DNA from: Cirrosporium novae-zelandiae
Taxonomy: Eukaryota
Reading direction: 5' to 3'
DNA length: 64,000 nt
NCBI GenBank assembly: GCA_026023565.1
Contig: JAPETS010000013.1
Coordinates: 558,001-622,000, forward strand
Shown: in pieces, positions 1-15,596 of the stretch
Layout of the letters: every line of letters starts with the position of its first letter
How positions within the stretch are numbered: position 1 is the stretch's first letter
The notes under the pieces: generated by a model
What the model saw: the letters and a program-made list of their open reading frames with translations, nothing else
Databases searched by the model: none
Told to the model about the DNA's origin: nothing
Made by a program: the position numbers and the translations under genes

Positions 1-67
1 TTTCATATCTGAGTTTGACTCAGCAAACCAAAAAAAGCTTCCTCCAGCGAAGTCTGGTTTTTCAGCC

Positions 68-1549
68 ATGGAGACATACCATGGTCATGTTCGCACTCCT
101 GCGGACGCCATCATTCTATTTGAAGCTTGCCGATTAGGTCTTCTACCACGCGTACAACGAAGATTATCAGAGAAAGAACGATCGGCAATCAAATCTGGCT
201 CTGTATTCGTTTGGGATGAAAGGGAAGCTGGCATGAGAAGATGGACAGATGGAAAATCATGGAGCGCCAGTCGTGTATCTGGAAGTTTTCTCACATATCG
301 TGAGATGGAGGGAAAGAGGGGGGGAAATGGATATGCACCACCGGCTGCCAGGGCAGGCAAAACCCCAGACAGCAGCAAGGATGACGATACAGAGATGGGA
401 GGAGAAGATGGCCCCGATGGCTATAGATACAAGCCAGATGGTCTGATGAAACAATCATTTAGCATCACAACCTCAGCTGGTCAGCACCTACATTTGATCA
501 GTTACTATTCTCGCTCCCATCCACATGCTCAGAGCCTCCAACAACCCACCAACGACCCTGCATTACGACATATTCGTCCACAAAAAGGAATGTATCCGGA
601 ATCTACAGTACATGAACAATCTAGTGTACCGATAGTAACTCGGAGTCCCATGCCAGGCACCCCTTATACGGTGTCACCACAAATGGCGGGATATGCTGCT
701 CGGAATTCTGCTTCACATCCTCCGAACTATTCTCATCCAGGTTACAGCTGGCCTCCAAGTCCTCTCGCCACTCCTCCAAGCCATTATCCAATGCATGCCT
801 ACGCCAATGGCAATCTCCAGCCAATTGTAACCAGCGCAAATCATTCACCTCTCCATTATGGCCAAGCAATAGCACCACCCGTCACATCTGCTCCAACTTC
901 TACTATTCTGGATAGACCTCCACCCTTTCCAAACACGACTTTGCCTCCGCCTCAACCTCTTCCACCTCAAATGTCGGCAATGCAACCAACATATCTCCCA
1001 AGCCCTTCACCTCGTGTAGCACAAGCTGCGCTTATTGCGGCACAGGCCCAAGCAGCTCAAGCTCAAGTTCAAGCGCAAATGCTTCCCCAAACACAGGCAC
1101 AAATGTTGGCACAAGTTCCTGCTTACCACTCGAGCTCTACCCCTCCCATGTCCAAGATTGATCCTAGGTTGATGTCAGGGTCTCCTACGCAAAGCGTTAT
1201 AAAGCCTCCCGAGTCGCATCCTTCTCCCCGGCCCTCTTCTGCATCTGTCGACCAAATGATCAAGTCTGAACAAACAAACGGTAATACTAATGTATCAACA
1301 TCCTCACCGGCTACATCAGGAACGACGATACCAAGTATTGGAGCTATGCTGAATGGAACTTCAGGATCAGGCGACAATGCCGACGCCAAAAGCGACAAAA
1401 GTGGTGACAAAAATGGAAGCCGTTCTAGCAGTCGAAGCCCCGGCGGAACACAAAAAACCAAAGGCCCCCAAGATATTCCTAGTGAAAAATTCGGGTTTGG
1501 AGAAGATATGAGAGCTCTTCGAGTTCTGGATCGGGCATTTTCCGCTTGA
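68..1549 (+). CDS. pac2: Gti1/Pac2 (WOPR) family transcription regulator, Pac2-like
   Basis: N-terminal METYHGHVRTPADAIILFEACRLG...GSVFVWDEREAGMRRWTDGKSWSASRVSGSFLTYRE and second box YKPDGLMKQSFSITT...HLHLISYY, followed by a Pro/Gln/Ser-rich tail. Confidence 0.93.
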   Translation: METYHGHVRTPADAIILFEACRLGLLPRVQRRLSEKERSAIKSGSVFVWDEREAGMRRWTDGKSWSASRVSGSFLTYREMEGKRGGNGYAPPAARAGKTPDSSKDDDTEMGGEDGPDGYRYKPDGLMKQSFSITTSAGQHLHLISYYSRSHPHAQSLQQPTNDPALRHIRPQKGMYPESTVHEQSSVPIVTRSPMPGTPYTVSPQMAGYAARNSASHPPNYSHPGYSWPPSPLATPPSHYPMHAYANGNLQPIVTSANHSPLHYGQAIAPPVTSAPTSTILDRPPPFPNTTLPPPQPLPPQMSAMQPTYLPSPSPRVAQAALIAAQAQAAQAQVQAQMLPQTQAQMLAQVPAYHSSSTPPMSKIDPRLMSGSPTQSVIKPPESHPSPRPSSASVDQMIKSEQTNGNTNVSTSSPATSGTTIPSIGAMLNGTSGSGDNADAKSDKSGDKNGSRSSSRSPGGTQKTKGPQDIPSEKFGFGEDMRALRVLDRAFSA

Positions 1550-4500
1550 CACACTTTCTACGTTTCTAGTTGTCACTATACCACCATAATAAGGCACTGG
1601 CGTCTAGGAGGAGCGGATACGGCTTGAAATATGCAAGACACGGTTAATCTGCTTCACTGTTATGGTTGAACATCTGTCGAGGTTTGCGACGAGATTTGAA
1701 AAAGAAGACATCATTTAGCACACGGGATGATTTTTTTGCTTGGGAACTAGCAATAACGGATACCACTATAGCAAGAGCGAGGCGTTGGTTGGGTGTTACT
1801 CAATTCAAGGGATATACATTATGCCCCGATGCATATGGTAAACGATGCATCGGTCGAGGAGTTTGTTCACTGGCTGATTATTTACACGGGGGCGCTACAT
1901 AAAGTGGTGCAACACATTTTTGGATGTGGGGGCGGATATTTGTTTTTTTGTTTTTCTTTTCTCGAGATGCGAAGAGCCTTCGGAAAGAGACCAAAATGGT
2001 GGAGACCAATTCCTCGTATTTTACTACACATGTATTTTACCTTGCTTCGTGGGGCCGAATATGGTTTTGGCGAAGTGATTGAATGACGTTGCTTGGCAGC
2101 ATGAGCAAAGCCGGCAAGCATCAATCCCTCGTGATGTTCAATTATCATCATGAGTAAATATGAATGATTCGTCAAGTTCCATTTGAAAGAACAAAAAGCT
2201 TTGGATTGTTGAAGAATAGTGTAGCTGGATGAATAGCTGAAAGCTGACCTTCAAGGGCCCTGGTCCTCTTGTTTGGCTTAGAAGGATGAGATATTTTTTC
2301 GGGTTAGTGGTATTATAGTCAGCCTGGGGGGAGCGGTCAGGCGAAATATCAAGTTGTGTCAACTGTGAGTCCAGATATCTACATAATTAGTATCGGCACC
2401 TCTCTTCAAGGTTCGGCTCATGAGCGATCACCAGCGATTGCCTCTTGAGGAAAACCCTGGCTATCTTATCTTAGCTTAAGGTTTCCGCCTAATGTTGCAG
2501 TCGACATGAATCCAGAGCGCTTCTAAGGTTATAGGCCGACCAGGTTTTAAAGGTGACGAAGGTGTAGCGAAGCCTAGGACGAGTAAACGTCCGTCGTGAA
2601 GGTTGGAGTTTACGCGTTCCCTCGTCGGTTAGTTCCATGCGAAGTGGATCCTTTTGACGGAACAGGGTTTCATACCCTAATCCGCAGCTCGTTACAAGTT
2701 TCCTACAGTTGACTAATGAGAAAGACAGAGTTGGGATCGGGTGAATCGGGTGGAGATGGTGGAGATGGTGGAGACTCAGGGGATTTGAGCCAAAATCATG
2801 CGTATCGTTCAACCTTACCCACGCTGGCGGCCGCCGGGGGATAACAAGGGCAACAGGACAAGGGTACTTGGTAACCTGATATCTTAGGCCTCCCGCAGCA
2901 TGTCAGATTCATAGATGAATTGAAGAATTAATTATGCCATGAAAGACGCCGACCGATGCATCACCGATGACACTGCAGGAATACTGTTGAGATCCAGATA
3001 TGCTCTTTCCATCGCTCACCGAACCAGCAAAGGCTCTACATGCTTGAGTTACTTTACAGGGAGGTAACGGGGTACGGCGGTGGCTGGAGGGTTGGAAGGC
3101 GGTTGAAACAAGCATCCGATTCAGATTGCGGATATTTACTGAGTGCTGACAAGGGAGAGAAGCGTGATTATTTCCGAAATAAGAGGTAGTCGTCGTCATC
3201 AATATTCCTTTATTTTACCCCTGGACGGATGGAATGGGGCTATTTCTATCTTTCTATCAATATATCCCTGGTGCTCCTTCTACTTTTATGCCGTGTATGC
3301 TAAGAATTTAATGTTTTTTTTTTTGTTCTGATGTGAGAACGCGTGGACTTTTTAACTATCAAAGTACCTAAGTAGCAGGTAGCAGTGGTGGTAGCAGTGG
3401 TAGGCACTGTACCTAGGTCGTTAGTGGTTACAACCTACCAGTCTCGGTACCTGAGAGCAGTTCCCTGACCTTACCTTACCATACACTAACCTTTTTCTGG
3501 AAATCACCTTAAATTAATTGCCTGGCATCCTTGGTATGCCTTGGTTTTCAGGAATCTGCATTTCACACTCCCAGATATTTGAATGCCTTAGGTATCTAAT
3601 ACTAAGACAGTAGTACTGTGGTAACAGGATACTCACAACCTCTGTTTCACTCACTCATTCATTCATTCATTTTACTTCTGTATTCTTCTGTATTTCGTTC
3701 CATTCACTCTATTTCATGTTTTCCCCTCACCTCTATTTATATTTCTTCTAGCTCAACAAACATTTTCTCATTGTCAATATCCTCATCATGCTATACATCC
3801 TTTTCACCTATGTCATTGGAGCCTTGGTTTGCTTCTTGAGGTCTCGCTCTCGTCGTTAAACCCCCTCCCGAGATTGGCCAAAGTAAATATCTGTGCTGGC
3901 AGCTTTACCATAGTACATAGGAAAGATTGCATCTGCCTTAAATCTTAACCCACCTACTCTTTTTCATTATCAAAACGAATATTTCCCTCCAAGGCACTTC
4001 TTGCGCCTTGGATACTTTTCACCTGAGCATACCACCCATCCGCAATACCCTTCATCCCCTTCCAGACTCATTCCCATCTAAACATCCGTCATGCTCTTTT
4101 TCCTCTTAGCCACTGTCATCACATCTTTAGTTTGCTGTTTGAGATCCTTTTCTCGCCGCTAGGCAACTTGAAGCTAAGTTTTATCCTCGGAATAGAAATA
4201 TTCACTATGAAGGAAATGTGGGGCCTGCTCTCTGGTTGTGCCATGCAATGCAACATACGAACGTCTTCCATAACGTCAAATTACCTCAAGAAAGCCACAC
4301 AACATCGACCCCGACTTGCGAGTCTTGATCTTACGGAGGATTTCGCTACGATGAATCTGTGCGATATGAATGAAGTTGCATACATTTGCTTGCTCTGTCT
4401 TGATACTGTCTACTCTTATGACATGCAAGGACCTCCCATCATGTCTACGAGGGAAATGCTCGGCAATACTTTTCATCCTACAGCTAGGAAACATGTTCAA

Positions 4501-5207
4501 CAAGAAGAAGAAGAGAAACGCCACCTAGAGAACCGAGTAGCTTCAACAGAGAGAAGGACCCAGAAATATCAGGTTGCTCAAGAGCCGCCTAGTCATGGCA
4601 ACAAAGATGGTGAAAAATAAATGGGCTAAAGGAGAAAGGTGCTACTGAGACATATGATAGGTGGCTTCATGGAATGAGATTTCTTTTGTTCTGGAATTTG
4701 TTTTAGCGAGCGGGCATCCTTGATCAGATCCAGAGGGGGGAGGGGGGGTAGTGTTTGTTCTAAAATATTGCTTAAGGTCAAGGTAAGCGCTCCATGGGCT
4801 TGCAATGGTGGGTTTTCCTATAGATGGCAATCATTTCCTTAGCAACTATAGAGCGAATGAATACATGATATGTAACCTGAATTTGTCTATGCTCTAATTA
4901 TTCCGTGTCAGACCATATATAAGGTCATACCCCCAACCTACGCTGAATGCCCTGGCTGTTTATCCGATCCTCCATCTACATCTATCCACATTTACAATTA
5001 TGTTGCTGTAGGTCAACATGATGGGAGAAATTGTTTATCCAAACTTATCCAATCCTATCATCTTCCGCTTCGTTTTGCCTAATTGTGATAATAGCCGAGG
5101 TTGACATTGGCTATCCACCACTTCTCTAATGGATATTTACTACAGCTGACGCAAAGATTACCTGGAAACTGTTTCTATATTATAATTTGTAATGTTGCAA
5201 ACTTACT

Positions 5208-6601
5208 ATGCCTTCTCTCTTAGATCTACCTAACGAACTCATTATACACGTCTACCATCATCTAGGAGACCTCGATACCGCCTTTCATCTTGCACGGAGC
5301 TGTAAACGGCTTAATGAAATATTTGAGGACGGCAATAATCGACTGCGTATCCTGAAATCAATTATTGTATGCCTATAAACTCTGGTCTAGTACCGGGGCT
5401 GACTTCTTTGCTATTTCAGATCAAGTCAGATCACCATAAGCATGATATCCAGCTTTGCCACTTCTTGACCACAAACCAAGAGTTTGCTTCGAACTATGCT
5501 ATTTCAAATCAACGACCGGATAGATCTGTTCGACCGCATGCGTCCGTATCCCGGCACATATATTCTGCAACTGCAAATGACCTGACCGATGAATATGTCT
5601 GGGACATTGTTTGCCGGTGGCAGGCACTTAGAGTACTCCAAGATCTTTACCGGGACCGATCAATTCATTTAACCTATTGCAAATCTGTATTCCCTTATAC
5701 GACAGGCCTTGATTCAGAAGAAGCGTTGTCCAAAATGTGTGCTAAGGAAGGCCCACTGTCTCTACCAAATGTCTCAGAAACAACATCAGCCGAGACTGCT
5801 AAACTTCCATTCAGCTTTCAAGAAACCCAGCGGTTCTATAAGGCCTTGACAGCTCATTGGCTTGCCATTGAGACATTGCGTCTGTCGAGAACGTCTTTCT
5901 ATGATACGTCATCAGAAAGACCTAGAAGGTTTGATGAAGTAGAACTTCTGTGGCGGGACTGTCACGATAGGACCTTACAGGAAACATTAGATATCCTCGA
6001 AGTCTATGACTTCGTTTATGGATTCCTTGTCCGGAAAATTTTTGCAGACGTTGCCCACACTTATAGCTGGGTTGAGGGACGAGATGAAATGTTGTTTTAT
6101 GTAGAACTTCTGAATAACATTCCCAGATATAGGGACTGGTATTTCTTCGTCAAGGATGCCTGTACATTTCTGCCGCCTACCAACATCATTGAGTTGCTAC
6201 TTTTATCTACCTGGGGCAGTTCCGACCGCTCATATCCTCAAAATAAACCAAGATATCTTCATATGCTTGGTTTTTTCGATGTGAGGTATGGCGAGTTCGC
6301 GGAGGAAGACGATCGTTACATTCCCACAAGGTCTGTGTTCTCTTTGCAAGCCCTCGAACGTAATGTGGAAGAAAAAATCGAGAAGGCCTCCGATGGGAAT
6401 CATGGTGATTTTACCGCTACATGGAAGCGATATCGCCGCAACGCTTGGTCTACCGCTGCCAGAGGAAAAGTGCTCTTCTGGCAAGGATCCGATTCACAGA
6501 TTGTGAATCACATGAAGGGTTTAACAGACATGCTAGCAGTAAACTATGCATGGCAGCAGAATGGACGACATGGATCTCTAAGATCCGACTCTTTCCTTTA
6601 G
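5208..6601 (+). CDS. F-box-like domain protein (2 exons)
   Basis: Exon 5208-5366 reads MPSLLDLPNELIIHVYHHLGDLDTAFHLARSCKRLNEIF (F-box pattern). Phase-0 intron 5367-5419 (GTATGC..GCTGAC..CAG) joins it in frame to the 410-aa ORF. Confidence 0.75.
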
Positions 6602-6669
6602 CTGCAAATATAACCATTCTACCGAATCGTAATAGATGATATACCTACGTTCTATCTCCTCTATCCGGA

Positions 6670-8054
<1,385 letters not shown>

Positions 8055-8917
8055 TTTCAGGAAAGAGAAACCCAGCAGGGCTCCTCAACAAGTAAGCTTG
8101 GATTGATGGGGATTATATAACATAAGCAGGCGGCTAGTATCTTCTACCACCAATGATAATAAAAGGAATATCAGAAGTAGCACCAACAATTCTGCTTCTT
8201 CCGAATGCATGATGAAGAAATTTGGATAAACGATAAACACTTGATCAACCAGACAAAGGGAATGTCAATCATTTTGATATTCTTTGATATTAGGCCAATA
8301 CGAGAAGGAATGCGGGTTTAATTCTGGTGTCTCCATATTGCCCAAAATTTCCATGTCTTGATAGGTGATAAGAGAATAAAGTTCAGAGTGGTAGCCGTTA
8401 GACGTGTCCAAAATCAAGGCAGGTAATGACGAATATTGGACATCGAACCGAGGATCTATGGAGAGTAGTTGGAAAAAATTAGAGAGAATTGTAGGATTTT
8501 GCCTATTTGACTAAGTCCATCTTATCTTGTGTGGAAAGTAATTATAGTTTGCGTGGTTGGATAAGTTGGGAGCTTAGATCTCTGGTCTAATTATTTGGAG
8601 TTGACGACGATTGTTGCCTGAGGCACAAACAACAGATATCCTTTCGGACGATAGAATGCGCGCCCACGGCGCCCAGAAGCTTTGGTTGAAATCTGGCCAA
8701 ATCTGGGGTAAACTACTCTAACAGACTGAGGGAATTCTCCATATACATCTTACGGGCTTTTCATTCATGTGAATTTGATAATGACAACTTGCAATTAATC
8801 CAATATCCCTAACTTTTATCAGCCCCCCCCCACCATTCTGCAGCCGAACACATACTCTTGCAGGTATTTAATTGCTTCTTGCAATGGTATAAATTGTTCT
8901 AGCTTGATCTTATAAGA

Positions 8918-11900
8918 ATGAGGGGAGTACGCCTCGGACGTGGCCTCCTAGGCGCCTCTCTTGGACTGTCTTATCTGTCTGCGTTGGTGTCTGCTAGTCA
9001 TTCTGTCAATGTTGCGTTGAAAGCTTCCTTCAGTTCAGCACCATACCTTTTAGAACTTTTGTAAGTGTTATTGGATGCAAGCATTTATAGTAAGCTAATA
9101 ATACAAGAGAGACTGCAGCAGAAGAAAATTCAACCTCTTATTTCCCTATATTAGATAGAATTGCCGACGGATACTTCACTGATGCATCCACCGATCAAGA
9201 GCTTTATACTCAGTTTCTCGAACTATTACAACAGGATGGACATATAATCGACCCGGAAGCCCTTTCATCATTTCAATATGCTGTATCGATACACTCGGCA
9301 GCTCCACGCATCGAAGCCGAGTTTCAATTTTATGATGCCTCGGTGGGGTCTTCCATGATGGCCGCCCAGGATGCGGCCTGTCCAGTTTGGATACATTTCA
9401 ACGGGAAACAGTACTGTTCACCGGGTTTTGAACGTTCGCAGCAGGATGTGATCAACGATAGGTAGGAGGGTTTCATCGTCTGATTGTACCTATGGTACTG
9501 ATTAGCTATCCTAGAATCCTTGAAAAGTTACCCTTTGATAGAATACTGGGTTCTCCTGCTGCGCCACCGGCCATTTTATATGCGGATATTATGTCGCCTA
9601 TGTTTGGCGAATTCCATAGCTTCCTGCGCCAGAGCGCCCTTTCAAGTGAAATATCTTACCGGCTGCGGTATAGAACCCCATCCAGTGAAAACGAGCAACC
9701 TTTGTATGTGAATGGATACGGTGTTGAACTTGCATTAAAAAAGACCGACTACATTGTTATTGATGATCGTAATGTTGATGAAGCACACTCCGAAGATGAG
9801 TCTAAGGTTGCATCGATCCTGGAGGAAAAAGAATCTGTGGCAGACTTGAAGCCCTTATCAACATCTGAGGTTCTTGAACTTGGCATCAAAGCGGCCAGCT
9901 TTGTAATGAACAGGGAGGATAAGTTTGATACGCTACTTAAGCTCTCACAGGACTTCCCAAAACATTCAAGTCTCATTGCTCTGCATAATACATCATCGGA
10001 TTTTCTAGCAGAGTTCCGTCAGAATCGAGAAACGTTGCTTCCTCCCGGTTTTAATGGGTTGTGGATCAATGGCGTTCAACTGGATAATAGACAGGTCGAC
10101 GCATTTACCCTTCTTGACCATCTACGGCACGAACGAGGTCTTGTCAATGGATTGCGAGATCTTAAACTCACTGGTCCTCAAGCAGCAAAGCTTCTTTCAC
10201 ATGAAGCTCTATACTCTTCTACAGGTGACGATCAACAACGTTACGATTATCGGGACGAGATTGAAGGAGGAGGTCTTATTATCTGGTGCAACGATATTGA
10301 AAAAGATAAGAGATACGAAAGCTGGCCCAAGGCTCTCAAAACTGTAAGTTGTTGCTAAATTTTCATCCTGGGCTATACTAACACAACAAAGTACCTTTCA
10401 CGTACTTATCCGGGTCAGCTTCCAGCCGTAAGACGCGATTTGAATAATGTTTTGCTTCCTGTCGATTTTTCAGACCCAGCGGACGTAGACTTAGTCGTTG
10501 AGGGTATCCAAACGTTTGTCAAAAGGAAAATTCCCATTCAATTTGGATTAGTCCCTGTTCTGCACACGAAAGCTGCTGCAGACCAAGCCAAGGTTGCTTA
10601 TCATTTGGTTGAGACGTATGGTCTTGGGGTGATGTTCCAGTATTTTGGAGATGTAAGCAAAAACGGCCGCGAGACTTGGTATCTAAGCTTACCCCTATAA
10701 TAGGCCCTGAATGTCAAGAAATTGGCAAAATTGGACCCCCAGATATTCAAAGCTACTGTTGAAGATCACAAAACGCGAGGAGAAAAGCATGTGCTTGCCG
10801 CGAAAGATGTACTTGCATCTCCAGAACTAGGAGAGAAACTTTCAAAGGTCGGGCAATATCTTGCAAGATTAGGGCTTAGTGGAAGTGCGCGACCGCCCTT
10901 GTTTGTCAACGGCGCTCCCATATCAAAGAATGACCATTGGTTACCAATAATGAGCAACCGAATTAACATGGACATCCAAGCTATCAAACGGGAAATTGCG
11001 GCGGAAACTCTTGAAGAGGATACTTGGCTTCCGAGTTATTATCTAAACAACTCTTTGGCTCGCCGTAATCAATTGATCGTTCCGGAGGATGAAAGCAGTA
11101 TCAAGATTCTCGACGTCGGCAAACTTTATCAAAACTTTGGAGAAATCCTTGAAAAGTTGCCAGTGATCAAAAGTGAATTGAGTGCTGAAGAGCAGATACC
11201 AGCCCAGCTTATTATTGCAACTGATCTCGATTCTAAATATGGAATAAAGCTGATCAATGAAATTCTTGAATTCCGAAAGGAGCAACCAGAAGCTGAAATT
11301 TATTTCCTCCACAACTACATCTCTGCCACTTCCGAAGGATGTCTTTCCCACCTATTTGGCCCTGCTCTAAAAGACGGATCTCTGGAAATGTCGACCGCAG
11401 GGCAACGCTTTACACAGGCGCAGATGTCAAGCTGCGAGGCCGGCTCGTCAGAGAGAGAAGCATCAATATCTTTCTGGAAGAACACCGGTCCATTGATTAA
11501 CGCACTTGGGTTGAAGGCAGGGGAGAGTGGTATTTTTCTCAACGGCCGCGTGGTAGGACCTATTGTAGGAGGAACTGCTTTCACTAAACAAGACTTTAAG
11601 CAACTCTTCGATTACGAACAGTCCAAGAGAATCAAGCCTGCTAGAAACGCTATGGAAGACCTCGGGCTGGGTGATAAGCTACCAACAGCGCTAGAAAATG
11701 CCAAATTATCTTCACTTCTGGCATTATCTACGACTTCTGACATGCCGCAAGGGATTTATGATTACCCAAATAAGGGCCGTTCAAGACCATTCGATGAATG
11801 GAATGGCACCTATTCCTCCATCACCAAAGATAACAAGGAAGATGCTTCAATTGAAATTGTGGCCGTAATTGATCCTGCGAGTGAAGGAGCCCAAAGATGG

Positions 11901-13580
11901 CTGCCCGTCTTGAATGTACTTTCTGAACTTGAGGGAACCCGGCTCACTATTTTCCTGAATCCCCAGGAGAAATTGCAGGAATTGCCAATAAAACGATTTT
12001 ACCGTTATGTCTTGCGCTCCAAGCCAACCTTTAATGACGATGGGTCGCTCCAAATACCCCAGGCAAGCTTCAAGGGCGTTCCAGAAAAGGCCCTTCTCAA
12101 TCTTGGTATGGATGTACCATCCCCTTGGCTAGTTGCACCAAAGGAAAGTATTTACGACTTGGATAACATCAGGTTAAACTCTCTCAAAGAAGGTGCCGAT
12201 GTTGATGCGATATATGAACTCGAGTCAATTCTCATTGAAGGTCATTCTCGTGATTTAACAACCGGGGAACCACCTCGCGGTGCTCAACTCGTTCTCGGAA
12301 CGGATAAGCAGCCTAATTTTGCTGACACGATCATAATGGCAAACCTTGGCTACTTCCAATTCAAAGCAAAGCCTGGTTATTGGAAGATCCAACTCAAAGA
12401 AGGCCGCAGCCAGCAAATCTTCCACATCGACAGTCTTGGCACAGCAGGCTATAAAGCTCCATCCGACAACAAAACTGAAATTGCACTTACCAGCTTCCTA
12501 GGCAAGACGCTCTTCCCTCGACTCTCTCGTAAGCCTGGACAAGAAGAAGCAGATGTCCTTGAGGAATCAGCACGTCCCGGGTCCCCCAGAGACATTCTCT
12601 CCAAGGGATTCCAGGCTGCGCAAGGGGTCCTATCGAGTTTTGGCCTAGCCAAAGTAAAGGAGCATGCGGATATCAACATCTTCTCTGTAGCCTCGGGCCA
12701 TCTCTACGAACGTATGCTCAACATCATGATGGTTTCGGTGATGAAGCACACAAAGCACACGGTCAAATTCTGGTTCATTGAACAATTTCTGTCGCCGTCA
12801 TTCAAATCCTTCCTCCCTCACCTGGCAACGGAATACGGGTTCGAATACGAGATGGTGACGTACAAATGGCCTCACTGGCTACGCGCCCAAAAAGAAAAAC
12901 AACGCGAGATCTGGGGCTACAAAATGCTCTTCCTGGACGTCCTCTTCCCTCTATCTCTCGACAAGGTCATCTTCGTCGACGCCGACCAGATTGTCCGAAC
13001 GGACATGTACGACCTAGTAACACATGACCTGGAAGGCGCCCCATACGGCTTCACGCCCATGTGCGACTCCCGTGAATCGATGGAGGGCTTCCGATTCTGG
13101 AAAACGGGCTACTGGCGCACGCAACTCCGCGGGCGACCTTACCACATCAGCGCCCTGTACGTGGTGGACCTCCGCCGCTTCCGCGAAGTCGCCGCCGGCG
13201 ATCGCCTCCGCCAGCAATACCAGATGCTCTCGGCGGACCCGGCCTCCCTCTCAAACCTGGACCAGGACCTCCCCAACAATATGCAGATGATGCTGCCGAT
13301 CCACAGCTTGCCGCGCGAATGGCTATGGTGCGAGACGTGGTGCGCGGACGAGGAGCTGGATAAAGCCAGGACCATCGATCTGTGCAACAACCCGCTGACC
13401 AAGGAGCCGAAGCTCGAGAGGGCCAGGAGACAGGTCCCCGAGTGGACTGTTTATGATGATGAGATTGCCGAGCTCACCAAAAAGGTGCAGGGGAATGCGA
13501 AGGTGGAGATTGTGGAAGAGCAGGAGAAGGAGGACGCGGATGCTGCGGCGGCGGTTAAAATCAAACACGAGGAGCTGTAG
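8918..13580 (+). CDS. gpt1: UDP-glucose:glycoprotein glucosyltransferase (UGGT, GT24)
   Basis: Signal-peptide-like start at ATG 8918; GYGVELALKKTDY; catalytic domain INIFSVASGHLYER..KVIFVDAD..NLDQDLPNN..DLCNNP; C-terminal ER-retention HEEL; four short introns. Confidence 0.95.
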
Positions 13581-14624
13581 TAATCTTTGTCGTAGTTTAG
13601 GACGTGTAGGCCGATATTATAGACTAAAGTGGACGGGGCGAATGTGTTGGATATGCAAATGCGAATGCGAATGAATGTGCTTCCTATTAGATATCCTATC
13701 ATGTGTTCATTATATACGTATAGAATGAATGACATCAGGACAGTTACAGTTAGTAAAGTTAAAAATACGATAGATCAAAAAAGGACCATATATAACTTGA
13801 TTATTTTTCTTCTTCTTTTTCTTCTTATTCTTATTCTGTCTATTTGGTTTCCCTTTATAAAAATTATGTTATGCACTTTTGCTTTTTTGCTTTGCTTTGA
13901 GTTTGGGCTTCATCAACATCACTTTAATTTCGTTTCTCCACTTCCTCCCTTTCTCATCTGATCTTCATCTTCATCACTTCAGTAATCTCTTTATATGTAC
14001 ATTTGAATCATTCCCATTCATCCATCCAGCAGCAGCAAAGAAAGCTTGCAATGCTTCCATAATTTCCATCCATCATCCATCACTCTTCGAAATGGGGTGA
14101 AAAAGTAAAATAAAAAAAGGCGGGTTTCACATAACTATATCCCCCATCCTATTTTGTCGACCTAGTCCGGCTTTATTCTTCCTCATCTCTTAGCGAATAT
14201 TTTGCCAGACCAAGTCAATCATCATCATCATCGTGGGATGGAAATATACATCATCTCTCACTCTTCCTCTCATATGGATATACATCTCTCAACGAAAATG
14301 CCGCCGAGTTCCTAAAATCGCTCCGGAAACGCCCCATGCCGTTTAACCAAAAAATGCCATCCTAGTGGAAGAGAAAAAGCCAATCTCATCGGTGTCGAAA
14401 ATCACATGTACAGAGTTGGAAAAAGGAGAAAGCCGTAGATATTAACCAACCATTGCTCACCGAAAATATGCATGCTTAGGAAAAGTCCTGGCATCGATAT
14501 AGAATGCACAGCTGGTATCTCTTGTCCAGGTAGTCTCTCTTCGGAATAATCTAATCGTCGAATCGAAGCCGCAGCTTTTTTTGGTCACATCGTATCTTAT
14601 TTTTCATAGGTCCATCCATCATTA

Positions 14625-15596
14625 TCAATCAGTCAATTTATCCAATAAACTTATACTCAGTATCATGATCAATAGACCTATTGTCACGATGATGAGCAAA
14701 GCGAAGCTAAACCAACCAAGGCACATAGCAGCGGTACCAACTCCACTCTTAACACTACCGTCTCCTAAGTCTTGAGCGACCGTACTTGCTGCAACCGAGG
14801 CGGTATGCTGCCATAAGACTGACACAAGCACGAATATCGAGGCGACGAAGATCAGTGCTAAAGCGATCTGCGACACCGGCCGTGAAGGAAATGGTTTGAC
14901 TTCGAATTCATGTTCTGAACCAGCTGGGTTGGTTTCTTCATGCCAGCCGGGGAAAGTAGCTAGGAGGATGAAGCAAAAGAATGCAAAGATGATGGCGATG
15001 ATTCTGGATAGAAATATTAGATATAGGGCAATATAGAATAGTATTAGGGTTAGCTTACATTAGGTATGGGAAGACAATGGCATCCCTGAAGGTCTTGGCC
15101 ACCCATATTAAGTTCAATGGATCTTGATCCACACTCACTTGTGCCGCAAGATTTGTCGCATTGTTACTGCACAAGAAGTCCTCTCCTTCCTGTGCAACGC
15201 AAATACCAAAGTATCCCACTCTTACAAGTAGGTCTGCTTGGTTAACAATATTTGATATTGCTGTGGTAACTCCGGGATCTACTTGTGCAGTGTCGAAGTT
15301 TGGGGTATATGACTTGTAGTAGAAGGAGATGAGGAAGATGCTTGGTATTAAGGGCGAGCTGGATGAGCAGCCTGCTAATAACAGGGCTTCAATAAATTAG
15401 TAATTAATATATCATGTCAGACAAAAAGCAACTTACAGAGAAGGATTATGGCAATGGCAATTACTATCATCAACACATGATGGTAACCGATCAAAGGTAT
15501 CATGCCTAGAATTTCCATGTTAGCAAATGTCTCTTCCTGACAATTGTTCGACTTGTACATACGTCCACCGCCTCCACCTAGCCGAAAATTCGGCAT
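14625..15596 (-). CDS. FIG1: Fig1 family Ca2+ regulator / membrane-fusion protein (4 exons)
   Basis: Manual splicing gives MIPLIGYHHVLM..LLLAGCSSSSP..VRVGYFGIC..DPLNLIWVA..TFPGW..LWQHTASVAA, with the claudin-like GYFGxC motif and several TM helices. Confidence 0.88.

Noticed and set aside
2679..2690. AATCCGCAGC, resembling the group I intron Q element
   Set aside because: No matching P, R or S elements found and no rRNA context
4132..4620. 162-aa ORF with a CLLC motif
   Set aside because: Non-ATG start, no recognisable domain or splice support; left unannotated
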